Of a DNA stretch of 64,000 nucleotides, positions 49,880 through 59,928 are shown in pieces. The DNA lies in assembly GCA_963752475.1 (NCBI GenBank), contig CAVVYR010000007.1, positions 256,001 through 320,000 of the forward strand, in the 5' to 3' direction. Both the position numbers and the translations under genes were made by a program. This DNA is from an uncultured Chloroflexia bacterium. Lineage in GTDB: Bacteria; Chloroflexota; Limnocylindria; Limnocylindrales; CSP1-4. The notes under the pieces are model-generated. The model saw only the letters and a list, made by a program, of their open reading frames with translations, ran no database searches and was not told the origin of the DNA. Each line of letters begins with the position of its first letter. The stretch's first letter is position 1.

Positions 49880-51003
49880 GCTTGCCGCCGACCGCCATCG
49901 CGGTCCTCCTCGGTGGGCCCTCCGCCGAGCACGATGTCTCGCTCGTTTCGGGACGAGCCATCGCGGGCGCGCTCAGCGGTGCCGGACATGACGTCACCGG
50001 CTGGCTCCTGACGCTCGACGGCGTCTGGTGGCGGCTGCCGCCCGAGGCCCTCGATCCGACGTTGCCCCTCGATGCCTTCCGCGCACCGGCCCGGCTCGGA
50101 GCGGACGGTCCTTACGCTGCCTCGGCGGCGCTCGAGGCCATCGCCGGTGCCGACCCCACGCCGGTCGTGTTCCCCGCGCTGCACGGTCCGTTCGGTGAGG
50201 ACGGCCAGGTCCAGGCGCTGCTCGAGTCGGCTGACCTCACCTATTGCGGCGCCGGTCCCGCGGCTTCAGCGGTGGGTATGGACAAGACGCTCTTCAAGCG
50301 CGTCGTGGGCACGCTCGAGCTGCCGGTCCTGCCCTGGGCGGAGGTCCGCGCCGCGGAATATCGCGCCGACCCCGATAGCGTCATCGACGGCCTGCGGCGG
50401 TTCGCGGCTGGCTTCGCCGATCCGCGCCTCATCGTCAAGCCGGCTCGGCTCGGGTCGAGCATCGGGATCACCATCGTCCATGAGGTCGGCGGGTCCGATC
50501 TGGCCTCGGCCATCGAGACGGCCCTGCGCTACGACGACCTGCTGCTCGTCGAGCCATACCTCGACCACCCGCGCGAGCTCGAGACCGCGGTCATGGGCAA
50601 CAGCCGCATCGATGCCGTGGCCTACGGCCCCGGCGAGGTCCGGCCCGGCAACGAGTTCTACGACTACGAGGCCAAGTACCACTCGGCCGAGAGCGAGGTC
50701 ACCGCGTCCGCCGATCTCGACCCGGAGCTGGTCGAGTCCATCCGCAGCGCGTCCGTGGAGGTCTTCCTGGTCATCGGTGGGACCGGCTTCGCACGCGTGG
50801 ATATGCTCCTGAGCACCGATGGCATCCCCTACATCAGCGAGATCAACACGTTGCCCGGCTTCACGCCCATCAGCCTCTTCCCGCGCATGACCGCGCTCGG
50901 CGGCCATGACTTCGCGAGCACCTGTGAGCGCATCGTGGAGCTGGCCCTCGAGCGTGCTGCCGACCGCCCCAGCCACGAACTGACGCCAGACGAGCTGCCG
51001 TGA
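49876..51003 (+). CDS. ddl: D-alanine--D-alanine ligase
   Basis: GGPSAEHDVS, LHGPFGEDG, GSSIG, FYDYEAKY and EINTLPG. Confidence 0.96.
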   Translation: MSLPPTAIAVLLGGPSAEHDVSLVSGRAIAGALSGAGHDVTGWLLTLDGVWWRLPPEALDPTLPLDAFRAPARLGADGPYAASAALEAIAGADPTPVVFPALHGPFGEDGQVQALLESADLTYCGAGPAASAVGMDKTLFKRVVGTLELPVLPWAEVRAAEYRADPDSVIDGLRRFAAGFADPRLIVKPARLGSSIGITIVHEVGGSDLASAIETALRYDDLLLVEPYLDHPRELETAVMGNSRIDAVAYGPGEVRPGNEFYDYEAKYHSAESEVTASADLDPELVESIRSASVEVFLVIGGTGFARVDMLLSTDGIPYISEINTLPGFTPISLFPRMTALGGHDFASTCERIVELALERAADRPSHELTPDELP

Positions 51004-51962
51004 CCTACGCCCGCCCGGATCGCGCCGGCGCCATCGCGCCTCGGGATGCGGAACCTCCGCGGCGGCGACACACGGCCTTCGCGCGCCTGGTCGGCGCCAT
51101 CGGGCTGGTGCTGCTGACCTCGCTGCTCTTCTGGATGCTCACCGACGACGCCTTCAGCGTGACCGAGGACAGCGTCCGGTTCGAGGGCCTTGCGCACGCC
51201 GAGGAAGCCGCGGTGCGTGAGCTGCTTTCCGATCTCGAGCGCGGCCCCAACGCCTTCCGGGTTCGGACCTCGGAGATCGTCAGCGAGCTCTCGACGCTGA
51301 CCGAAGTGGACGCCGCCTCCGCGCGGGTCACGCTGCCGGCCGAGGTCACCGTCGAGCTCGACGAGCGCGACCCCGTGTTCATCTGGAGCAACGGCGCGCT
51401 CTCCTGGCTGGTGGACGAGGAGGGCATGCTCTTCGCACCTGCCGACGAGGCCACGGCCACGGCCGTGCGCGACGCCGTCGACGGCGGTTCGCCCGCCACG
51501 CCGGCTCCAGTCGAGGAGACGGCCGCCGACGGGGGCGCCGCTGCCGATGGGGCGGCCGACGACGAGGTCGGGCTCGACCCGACGCTGGCGGCACGTGCTG
51601 CCCTGCCGGTCGTCGAGGATGGCCGCATGCCGCCGGAGCCTCCGACGGTGGGGACGTACCTGCCACCCTCCGACCTGGCCGTGATGCGACAGCTGCTGGC
51701 GGTGACGCCGGAGCTGCTGGGCAGCCTCTCCAAGGACCTGCACCTGCGCGTCGACGAGGCCGGTGGCTACGTGCTCGAGAGCCAGGATCGCAGCTGGCGC
51801 GCGCTCTTCGGCTACTACACGCCCACGCTGCAGCCGCCGGAGGTCATCCCTCGACAGGTGCAGTGCCTGCAGTGGTTGCTCGCGAACGAGGAACGCAAGC
51901 TCGAGACCGTCCGGCTGGCGCTGTCGGAGGAGACTTGCGGGACCTTCACGAAGTACGGGTGA
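51000..51962 (+). CDS. ftsQ: FtsQ/DivIB-like protein
   Basis: TM plus POTRA-like region, LP...VELDER.P and LVDEEG; position between ddl and ftsA. Confidence 0.8.
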   Translation: MTYARPDRAGAIAPRDAEPPRRRHTAFARLVGAIGLVLLTSLLFWMLTDDAFSVTEDSVRFEGLAHAEEAAVRELLSDLERGPNAFRVRTSEIVSELSTLTEVDAASARVTLPAEVTVELDERDPVFIWSNGALSWLVDEEGMLFAPADEATATAVRDAVDGGSPATPAPVEETAADGGAAADGAADDEVGLDPTLAARAALPVVEDGRMPPEPPTVGTYLPPSDLAVMRQLLAVTPELLGSLSKDLHLRVDEAGGYVLESQDRSWRALFGYYTPTLQPPEVIPRQVQCLQWLLANEERKLETVRLALSEETCGTFTKYG

Positions 51963-52028
51963 GATAGTCGGACGAGCGCCGCGCCGGGTCCTGCGCGACC
52001 GCGCCGCATCGCCCACAATGTAGGAGCC

Positions 52029-52046
52029 GTGGTGCGTCGACGCACC
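52029..52046. promoter_or_regulatory. palindrome identical to the parA promoter site
   Basis: GTGGTGCGTCGACGCACC, just downstream of a putative -10 (CACAAT, 52014-52019) and upstream of ftsA. Confidence 0.7.
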
Positions 52047-52087
52047 GGGCCAGAGGGCAGGCCCAAGAGGTCGAGGAAGGGAAACAC

Positions 52088-53323
52088 TTGGAGTACGAAG
52101 CGATCCTGGTGGCGCTTGACGTCGGGACGAGCAAGGTCGTCGTGCTCGTCGGCGAAGTCACCAACGATGGCGCGCTGGACATCATCGGCAAGGGCGCCAT
52201 GCCCACGACCGGAGTCAAGAAGGGGCTCGTCAACAACATCGACCAGACGGTCAGCTCCATCCACGGCGCCATCGAGCAGGCGGAACGTCTCTCCGGCCTG
52301 CGTCTCGAAGCCGCCTTCGTCGGCGTCGGTGGCGACCACCTCGAATCGCTCAACTCCCGCGGCACGGTCGCGGTCAGCGGCGCCCATCGCGAGATCACGC
52401 GCGAGGACATCGAGCGCGCCACGGAGGTCGCCCGCGCGGTGACCATCCCCTCGAACCGCGAGGTGCTCCACGTCCTGCCCCGCGACTTCACCGTCGACGG
52501 CCAGGAGGGTGTCAAGGATCCGGAGGGCATGAGTGCCATCCGCCTCGAGGTCACGACCCATATCGTCCACGGTGGCGCGACGGCCCTGCAGAACCTGACC
52601 AAGTGCGTCCGCCAGGCCGGCGTCCGGCCCGATGAGCTGGTGGTCTCCGCCATCGCCTCCGGTGAGGCTGTCCTGACCGAGACCGAGCGAGAGCTGGGTG
52701 TCGCCGTGGCCGACATCGGTGCCGGCACCACCGACCTTGCGCTCTATGCCGAGGGCTCGCCCTTCCACACCTCGGTCATCCCGCTCGGCGGCGTCAACGT
52801 CACCAACGACATCGCCATCGGGCTGCGCACGAACCTCACTGCGGCCGAGGAGCTGAAGATGCAGTTCGGCTCCGAGGACGCCAAGGGTGCAGCCGATGAC
52901 GCCGAGGCGCCCGTCGAGATCATCGACGACGGCGTGGCTCGCCCCGCCCGCAAGTCCGACGTGACCGAGATCATCGACGCCCGCATGCGCGAGCTCTACG
53001 AGAAGATCGGCGACGAGGTGAACGAGAATGCCAGCGCCCACCGGCTGCCGGCCGGCTTGGTACTCACCGGCGGTGCCGCGCAGTTGGCCAACGCCGCCGA
53101 GCTGGCACGCGATGTACTCGACATCCCCGTGCGCGTGGCCTCGCCGGAGGGCGTGGGGGGATTGACCGACCACCTGCTCTCGCCGCAGTACGCCACCGCC
53201 ATCGGCCTGCTCGAGTGGGCCGCCCACGTCGTCACCACCGAGGACCTGCAGCGCTACGAGCCGCCACCGCGGACCCAGAGCTGGGACAAGCTGCGCGAGG
53301 CCGTTCGTCGCTTCTTCCCCTAG
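52088..53323 (+). CDS. ftsA: cell division protein FtsA
   Basis: LDVGTSKV, DIGAGTT, GLVLTGG and YATAIGL; C-terminal amphipathic helix. Confidence 0.97.
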   Translation: MEYEAILVALDVGTSKVVVLVGEVTNDGALDIIGKGAMPTTGVKKGLVNNIDQTVSSIHGAIEQAERLSGLRLEAAFVGVGGDHLESLNSRGTVAVSGAHREITREDIERATEVARAVTIPSNREVLHVLPRDFTVDGQEGVKDPEGMSAIRLEVTTHIVHGGATALQNLTKCVRQAGVRPDELVVSAIASGEAVLTETERELGVAVADIGAGTTDLALYAEGSPFHTSVIPLGGVNVTNDIAIGLRTNLTAAEELKMQFGSEDAKGAADDAEAPVEIIDDGVARPARKSDVTEIIDARMRELYEKIGDEVNENASAHRLPAGLVLTGGAAQLANAAELARDVLDIPVRVASPEGVGGLTDHLLSPQYATAIGLLEWAAHVVTTEDLQRYEPPPRTQSWDKLREAVRRFFP

Positions 53324-53614
53324 GTGTCCGACTCCACGGCGGTCGCCCGTGCCGCGCCGTGCTGGTCCGCTATGTGTGGGGTAGGCACGCTAAGGATGGT
53401 GAGGTGCCGCGAGGGGTGGCCGTTGACAGAATGCGACACATAGCCGCGCTCGGCGGACGCTTACGCACGATTCAGGCCATGGCCGCACTATCCCTCAGTC
53501 GAGCAGCGACGATATACTCGCCCGCAGACCAGGTGCTCTGATGAGCCACCCTGACCGTGCGGGTGGCCAACGGGCTGCAGATGCCTGGTGCGCGATCTTT
53601 GGAGGGTTCAGTAC

Positions 53615-54829
53615 ATGCCGTTGCGTTCAGACTCAGAGAACTTCGCCCTGATCAGGGTCATCGGAGTCGGCGGTGGTGGCAGCAACGCCGTCAACCGCAT
53701 GATCCGAGCCGAGCTGATGGGCGTCGAGTTCATCGCTGTCAATACCGACGCCCAGGCCCTGCTGCAGTCGGACGCCCCCAACAAGATCCGTATCGGCGAC
53801 AAGATCACCCGTGGCCTCGGCGCCGGCGGTGACCCCTCCATCGGCCAGCGCGCCGCTGAGGAAGACTCCGAGAAGATCGCCGACGCCCTTCGTGACTCCG
53901 ACATGGTCTTCATCACCGCCGGCATGGGTGGTGGGACCGGTTCGGGTGCCGCACCCGTCATCGCTGAGATCGCGCGCGATATGGGTTCCCTCACCATCGG
54001 CGTCGTGACCAAGCCCTTCGCGTGGGAGGGCGCGCGCCGCCGTCTCAACGCCGAGAAGTCGGCCGAGCTGCTGCGGGACAAGGTCGACACCCTCATCACC
54101 ATCCCCAACGATCGCCTCAAGGAAGTCGTCACCGAGGAGACGTCGATCGTCGACGCCTTCCGCGTGGTGGACGACGTCCTGCGCCAGGGTGTGCAAGGCA
54201 TCAGCGACCTCATCACCGTGCCCGGCCTCATCAACCTCGACTTCGCCGATGTGCGCGCGGTCATGCGCTCGGCCGGCTCGGCCCTCATGGGCATCGGCCG
54301 CGCCAGCGGTACGGACCGTGCCGCCGAGGCCGCCCGCGAGGCCATCAGCAGCCCGCTGCTCGAGGTCAGCATCAGCGGCGCCCAGGGCATCCTCTTCAAC
54401 GTGACCGGCGGTCCCAGCCTCGGCCTCTTCGAGGTCGACGAAGCAGCCGAGATCATCAAGGAGATGGCGGACCCGGAGGCCAACATCATCTTCGGCACCG
54501 TCATCGACGAGCGCATGGGCGACGATCTCCAGATCACCGTCATCGCCACCGGCTTCGACCACAACCGCGCCAATGCCTATCCGGGCCTCGAGGCGCAGGT
54601 GGACGAGGGTGCCGGCGTGCAGGCGGGTCTCGAGAACCGCGATTTCATGCAGGAGCTCGCGCGCCAGCGCACTGCCGCCGGCGACCAGGCCAGGACCGAG
54701 GGCGAGACCGAGGCCAAGCAGGCCGTGGCCGTCCCGGTGTCGAGCGGCGAGCCCGTCGCCGCCGGCGAGAAGACCGCTGCCAAGGAGGAGGATCTCGACA
54801 TCCCGGCGTTCCTGCGCCGCAGCCGCTGA
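53615..54829 (+). CDS. ftsZ: cell division protein FtsZ
   Basis: GGGTGSG, NLDFAD and C-terminal LDIPAFLR; GGAGG RBS. Confidence 0.98.
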   Translation: MPLRSDSENFALIRVIGVGGGGSNAVNRMIRAELMGVEFIAVNTDAQALLQSDAPNKIRIGDKITRGLGAGGDPSIGQRAAEEDSEKIADALRDSDMVFITAGMGGGTGSGAAPVIAEIARDMGSLTIGVVTKPFAWEGARRRLNAEKSAELLRDKVDTLITIPNDRLKEVVTEETSIVDAFRVVDDVLRQGVQGISDLITVPGLINLDFADVRAVMRSAGSALMGIGRASGTDRAAEAAREAISSPLLEVSISGAQGILFNVTGGPSLGLFEVDEAAEIIKEMADPEANIIFGTVIDERMGDDLQITVIATGFDHNRANAYPGLEAQVDEGAGVQAGLENRDFMQELARQRTAAGDQARTEGETEAKQAVAVPVSSGEPVAAGEKTAAKEEDLDIPAFLRRSR

Positions 54830-54883
54830 TCCACGCCCACGAACACTGAAGCCGGCCCGCTCGACGAGGGGGCCATCTCCGAG

Positions 54884-55576
54884 TTGGCCGCTGCCCGCGC
54901 CGAGGTACTCGAGCGCATGGCGGCGGCCTGCGTGCGTTCCGGGCGCTCGCCCGACGCCGCCGTCCTGGTAGCGATCTCCAAGACCTGGCCGGTCGAGCGG
55001 CTGCGGTTGATCCAGGCGGCCGGGCACGACGTGCTGGGCGAGAACCGGGTGCAGGAGGCGGCCGGCAAGATCCCGGAGCTGGGCCCGGCGACTTGGCACC
55101 TGGTGGGACACCTGCAGAAGAACAAGGCGGCCAAGGCGGTCGAACTCTTCGACGTCATCGAATCGGTCGACTCGGTCGCGCTGGCCGCTCGGCTGGACCG
55201 GCTGGTGGGGGAGCGTGGTTCGCGCTCGGGCGGTCCGCTGCCCATCCTGCTGCAGGTCAACGTCGATGCTGACCCGGCCAAGGCCGGCTTCGAGCCCGAG
55301 CCGCTGGAGCGGGAGCTCGAAGACGTCCTGGTGCTATCGAACGTGCGCGTCGATGGGCTCATGACCGTCGGCTTCCACACCGGGGGCGGGGATGTGGCGC
55401 GGCCGACCTTCGTCCGACTCCGCGAGCTGTCCGAGCGTCTGCGCGCAGCCGATGAGCGGCTCGGCCCCGAGCTCTCGATGGGCATGACCGACGACTACGA
55501 GGTCGCGATCGAGGAAGGCAGTACGCTGGTACGCGTGGGTCGGGCGCTCTTCGGGGAGCGACCCAAGCCCGTCTAG
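54884..55576 (+). CDS. yggS: YggS/PROSC PLP homeostasis protein
   Basis: AISK, GENRVQE, WHLVGHLQKNK, LSMGM and VRVGRALFG. Confidence 0.95.
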   Translation: MAAARAEVLERMAAACVRSGRSPDAAVLVAISKTWPVERLRLIQAAGHDVLGENRVQEAAGKIPELGPATWHLVGHLQKNKAAKAVELFDVIESVDSVALAARLDRLVGERGSRSGGPLPILLQVNVDADPAKAGFEPEPLERELEDVLVLSNVRVDGLMTVGFHTGGGDVARPTFVRLRELSERLRAADERLGPELSMGMTDDYEVAIEEGSTLVRVGRALFGERPKPV

Positions 55577-55597
55577 TCCGAGGGGAACCCGAATCGA

Positions 55598-55849
55598 GTG
55601 GAAGACTTCCTACGCATCCTGCTGCAGTCGCTCGTCACCACCGCCTGGGTGGTCATGCTGGGACGTGTCCTGATGAGCTGGATCGACCCGCAATTCGAGA
55701 AGCCGCTGGGCCAGTTCCTGTACAGCCTCACCGAGCCGTTCCTGGCGCCGATCCGCAACATCCTGCCGCAAACAGGCATGTTCGACTTCAGCCCGCTGGT
55801 GCTGCTGATCGGTCTGGGCATGCTGATGCGGGTGACCTGGTACCTGTGA
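55598..55849 (+). CDS. yggT: YggT family membrane protein
   Basis: LMSW, TEPFLAPIR and DFSP. Confidence 0.93.
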   Translation: MEDFLRILLQSLVTTAWVVMLGRVLMSWIDPQFEKPLGQFLYSLTEPFLAPIRNILPQTGMFDFSPLVLLIGLGMLMRVTWYL

Positions 55850-56130
55850 GCGCCGTGATCGCGGTGCGCGTGGCGCCGCGGTCGAGCCGCGAAGCCATCG
55901 AGGGAGTCGATGACGCTGGCGAGTTGCGCGTGCGCGTGACCGCGCCACCGGCCGACGGTGCCGCCAACGCCGCGGTCATCAAGCTGATGGCCAAGGAGCT
56001 GCGCCTGCCCAGGAGCGCGGTGAGCGTGGCCTCCGGCAGCACGAGCCGACACAAGCGCCTGCGGATCGAAGGCGTGGACGCGGCCGAGCTGCGGGCGCGT
56101 TGGCCGGGCGTGAGCTTCAAGGAGCGCTAG
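55846..56130 (+). CDS. yggU: DUF167/YggU family protein
   Basis: VRVAPRSS, APPADGAAN and GSTSRHK. Confidence 0.92.
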   Translation: MSAVIAVRVAPRSSREAIEGVDDAGELRVRVTAPPADGAANAAVIKLMAKELRLPRSAVSVASGSTSRHKRLRIEGVDAAELRARWPGVSFKER

Positions 56131-56199
56131 AAGCACATCAGTCGCCGATCGGACGCCGTCAGTCGACCGTTCTGTGGATCCTCGTTCCAGGCTGTGCTT

Positions 56200-56372
56200 C
56201 GCGACCAGCGGCTATCCCCTGATGGCTGAACCCGACGTGCTCGATGGCCAAGTTGCCGCATCTCAGCCTCCGGCAGGCTCGGATCGACAGTCCGAGTCCC
56301 CATCGGGCTGATGGCGCGCACCCAGGGCCCCAGGCTGGTCGAGTTCAGCCCGCCAGGGATGATCGAGTCACG
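56200..56372 (-). ncRNA. candidate rod-shaped structured RNA (6S-like?)
   Basis: End-to-end pairing atccctggcgggctgaactcgac/gtcgggttcagccatcaggggat with nested stems; G-U wobbles favour the minus strand. Confidence 0.4.
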
Positions 56373-56446
56373 GAGCAGCCCAACCTGACAGCGCCAGATC
56401 GCTTGCAGGCGCATCGTCGCCGTCGGGCTATACTCTTCACTCCCAC

Positions 56447-56523
<77 letters not shown>

Positions 56524-56536
56524 CCGTGACCCAAGA

Positions 56537-56570
56537 ACGAAGGCGGAGTCGATGACGGCTCCGCTTTCGT
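56537..56570 (+). terminator. putative terminator after tRNA-Val
   Basis: acgaaggcggagtcg-atga-cggctccgctttcgt hairpin. Confidence 0.65.
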
Positions 56571-56722
56571 GTTGCGGGCGTATGGGCGGCCACCGACGCC
56601 ACCATCGACAGCACCTGACAGCGGAATCGGAAAAGACTCCTCGACTCAACCCCTCGTGCACATAGAGGTCGGTGCCGCGTGCTTCACTAGCACGGACGCA
56701 GGCCGGACGGAACGGGAGGGGT

Positions 56723-57283
56723 ATGGATCCGGAGGTCGTGGTGCGAGCGCAACACGGGGACGAGGCCGCATTCGAGTCGATCACCGTCGCCGCCTACCCG
56801 CGGCTCTATCGCATCGCCCACGGCATCCTGCGCGAGCATGGTGCCGCCGATGATGCCGCCCAGACCGCGCTCGTCGATATCTGGCGCCGGCTCCCGCGCC
56901 TGCGTGACCCCGAGAGGTTCGACGGCTGGTCCTACCGGCTGCTCGTGCGCATCTGCTACGCCGAGGTCAAGCGCCGGCCGAAATGGCTGCCCGACGAAGC
57001 CATCACGCGCTCGAACGAGCCTCGCGCCGCCGATCCTTTCGGCGCCGTGCTCGACCAGGACCAACTGGAGCGAGCGTTCGGCGCCCTGAGCGTGGACCAT
57101 CGCGCGGTCATCGTCCTGCGCTACCTGCTGGACCTGCCCCTCGAGCAGGTGGCCCAGGCGCTCGACATCCCGGTCGGCACGGTCGGCTCGCGGCTCCATC
57201 GTGCGCTCGAGGTCCTGCGCGCGAGCGTCGAGGCCGGCGACCGCACTGAGCCCTTGCACGCCGAGTCGGAGGGACGCTCATGA
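56723..57283 (+). CDS. ECF RNA polymerase sigma factor
   Basis: GDEAAF, ADDAAQ, FDGW and region 4 VAQALDIPVGTVGSRLHRA; GGAGGGG RBS. Confidence 0.93.
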   Translation: MDPEVVVRAQHGDEAAFESITVAAYPRLYRIAHGILREHGAADDAAQTALVDIWRRLPRLRDPERFDGWSYRLLVRICYAEVKRRPKWLPDEAITRSNEPRAADPFGAVLDQDQLERAFGALSVDHRAVIVLRYLLDLPLEQVAQALDIPVGTVGSRLHRALEVLRASVEAGDRTEPLHAESEGRS

Positions 57284-59928
57284 ACGACGAGCAGTTCACC
57301 CCGGTCATCCAGTCCTGGCTGCGCTCGAATGACACCGTGCCGCCCGAGCCGCTCGAGCGCACTGACCGCGTGATGGCCCGCGTCCGTTCCACGCGTCAAC
57401 TCGGGCGCCACTGGCCGCCGGAGGCCCTCGTCCCGGAGGTCGAGCCGACCACGGACGGCCCAGGACTCGGCGTCCACCCCGCTCGAGACCGACAAGTCCA
57501 CTGGCTGCCGAGTCGGTTCTCGATCGTCATCGCGATGCTTGCTGCGCTGGTCGTGCTACTGACCGCCAACCTGCTCCTGCTCGACCCGGCGCGGACCGAG
57601 CAGCGCGGTGTCGCCCCACTCCCGGGAGCCGAGGAGTCCGCCGAGCCGAGCAAGGCCATCAGCTGGATCACCGAGCCGGTCAGCCTCGAGGCGGACGCGC
57701 TACGGCTCCACGTCGGCGACATCGTCGTGACAGCTGTGGCCGAAGCGTCCGTCGAGGGCTCCGGAGACCAGGCTCGCCAGCGAGAGCTGGCAGTCGACTG
57801 GCAAGAGAACGACACGTGGCAGCACCTGCAGCTGTACCTCGCCGCGGACGACACGCACTGGTGGATCAGCGAGCTCTTCACCAGCCATGGCACCGAAGCC
57901 ACCAGCACGGTCACCTTCGATACCACGCGCCTGCCTCGGACCACGATCGGAAGCGCGTTGACCACGGATCTCCGACTCACCGGGACGCCGGACGGCGACA
58001 GCGCCCAGACCGGACCCGTCGAGCTGGAGATCGATGGGCTGGTGCTTCGAGCGTTCGAGCCCGGCACCGGTGTCGACCGCGTGGCCACGGAAGTCGGACG
58101 TGTGACCGCGACCGGCGATACCGTCGGCCCAGGGGTACTGCGTGTCGTCGACGACGGCACGAGTCATGGCCTCGAGAGCGTGTTGCACGTCGCCGTGACC
58201 CCCGACGGGCGCGCTTGGGCGGCCACGACCACCCACATCTACGAGCTGGGCGTCGAGGGCGGCTTGCGCGCGATCGACGGTGGGCCGCGTACGATCGAGG
58301 GGCTGGCTGCAGGGGCGGACGATCGCCTGCTTCTGCCCGCGGACGGTGGCGGGTGGCTGCCGACGGATGGCCACTCGTGGCTCGAGTCGGCGTGGTCGGG
58401 ATCGGCGTCCTTCGACGAGGCCGTGATCAGCGCGGACGGTTCGCTCTGGGGCGTCACGAGCGAAGCCGGAGAGATGTTCGGACGGATCGATGCCCTGGGC
58501 ACGATGACGACCAGCGGCATGGCGCTCGCTGATGGGTCGCCCGTCGACCTCGAGGACGGTGCAGCCGCGGGGTCGATCGTGGCCCTCGCGGACGGTTCGG
58601 TCTGGGTCGCGACCGGCCCTGGAGGCGCCATCAGGCGATTCGATGGCGAGGACCGGGGCGCGATCGATGAGATGCACGAACCGTTCGGAACGTATGAGGC
58701 CGGGCAGCATGTCCTCGATCTTGCCGCCAGCACGAACGGGGTGGTCTGGGCCCTGCTCGAGGACCACGCCGGGCAGTATCTCGGGCGTTTCGACGGCACG
58801 ACGTGGTCCCTGCACGTCTGGGACGACGTGGTTGCCGGGTTGCCCGACGATGCCCAGCGGTCATGGGCCTTCCCGGATGGCATCGCCGCTGTGCTCTCCG
58901 ATGGCGCCGTGCTGGTCGCTCCCGTCGACGTCTACGCTGACACGGGCTCCTCGGGGTTGCTCCGCTACGACGGCCGTGCCTCGAGGGTGGCGGCCGATGT
59001 CGCGTTCGACGACTTCGCGGCAACGCCCGATGGGCGGGTGTGGGCCGCGGGTTGGTCAGGCCTGCATCTGCTCGACCCGACCGCGTGGCCCGAGGCGGCG
59101 GGTCCGGTCACGGCCGATGACCAGGTCCCTCCCGGACGAGTGGTGCTCGACCTGCGGCCCAGCCGCCGGCTCGAGCAGGTCGTGGCGTATCTCCAGCGCC
59201 AGAGCGAACAGACCGACCTCGGGCTCGACCCCGAGGCCTTCCTCCGACTCGCCCGCGACCCGGGCGACCACTGGCGTGAGCAGTACCCGTTCCTGAAGGA
59301 AGCCCCGGAGGGCAGCAGCCTGGAGGGTTTCCTCGCCTCCGGCACGTACGAGGGACCGTCGGACATCGCCGCCGAGGACCTCGTCGCGCGGATGCTCGAG
59401 GAGTGGGACGAACGGATGTCGCCGTACGTCGCGGAGGCGGAGCGGAGAGGTATCGACTTCTACGATGCGCTCATCGTCGCCAGTCTCGTCGAGCGGCAGG
59501 CCCGCGACGACGCCGACCGTGCGAGGATCGCCGGCGTCTACTGGAACCGGCTCGACCCCGACGTCTACGGCGATCAGACCGGCGGCCTCCTGAACGCCGA
59601 CCCGGCCGTGGTCTACGCGACCGACTCGATGGCGCTCGAGGATCTGCCGGTCGAGGACTGGGACGGCTATCGCTTCTGGGACCTGCTCGGGATCGATGAC
59701 TACAGCGTCGTCGAGGTCGACCCCGAGTACGCGTCCTTCCAGACGTATCGCACGAAGGGGCTGCCCGAGTGGCCCATCGTGACCCCGGGCGCAGCCTCGA
59801 TGGCGGCAGCGCTGGATCCGGATACCGGCGACGGCAGCCTCTTCTTCTTCGCTTGTCCGGGCTCGACCACGCACGTGTTCGCCCAGACCTTCGACGAGCA
59901 CCTCGAGAACATCGAGCGATGCGACTGA
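57280..59928 (+). CDS. putative anti-sigma membrane protein with beta-propeller-like region and C-terminal MltG (YceG) domain
   Basis: ATGA-coupled to the sigma gene; short cytoplasmic N-terminus, one TM and DGxxW repeats. MltG motifs LEGFL..TY, ASLVERQA, IAGVYWNRL, NADPAVVY, TY..KGLP..PI..PG and HVFAQTFDEH. Confidence 0.85.
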   Translation: MNDEQFTPVIQSWLRSNDTVPPEPLERTDRVMARVRSTRQLGRHWPPEALVPEVEPTTDGPGLGVHPARDRQVHWLPSRFSIVIAMLAALVVLLTANLLLLDPARTEQRGVAPLPGAEESAEPSKAISWITEPVSLEADALRLHVGDIVVTAVAEASVEGSGDQARQRELAVDWQENDTWQHLQLYLAADDTHWWISELFTSHGTEATSTVTFDTTRLPRTTIGSALTTDLRLTGTPDGDSAQTGPVELEIDGLVLRAFEPGTGVDRVATEVGRVTATGDTVGPGVLRVVDDGTSHGLESVLHVAVTPDGRAWAATTTHIYELGVEGGLRAIDGGPRTIEGLAAGADDRLLLPADGGGWLPTDGHSWLESAWSGSASFDEAVISADGSLWGVTSEAGEMFGRIDALGTMTTSGMALADGSPVDLEDGAAAGSIVALADGSVWVATGPGGAIRRFDGEDRGAIDEMHEPFGTYEAGQHVLDLAASTNGVVWALLEDHAGQYLGRFDGTTWSLHVWDDVVAGLPDDAQRSWAFPDGIAAVLSDGAVLVAPVDVYADTGSSGLLRYDGRASRVAADVAFDDFAATPDGRVWAAGWSGLHLLDPTAWPEAAGPVTADDQVPPGRVVLDLRPSRRLEQVVAYLQRQSEQTDLGLDPEAFLRLARDPGDHWREQYPFLKEAPEGSSLEGFLASGTYEGPSDIAAEDLVARMLEEWDERMSPYVAEAERRGIDFYDALIVASLVERQARDDADRARIAGVYWNRLDPDVYGDQTGGLLNADPAVVYATDSMALEDLPVEDWDGYRFWDLLGIDDYSVVEVDPEYASFQTYRTKGLPEWPIVTPGAASMAAALDPDTGDGSLFFFACPGSTTHVFAQTFDEHLENIERCD

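Noticed and set aside
54827-54886. FtsZ-YggS read-through fusion (same frame, separated by a single TGA)
   Set aside because: Shared frame has a 1-in-3 chance, FtsZ ends at its normal conserved tail, and yggS has a TTG with a purine-rich upstream tract.
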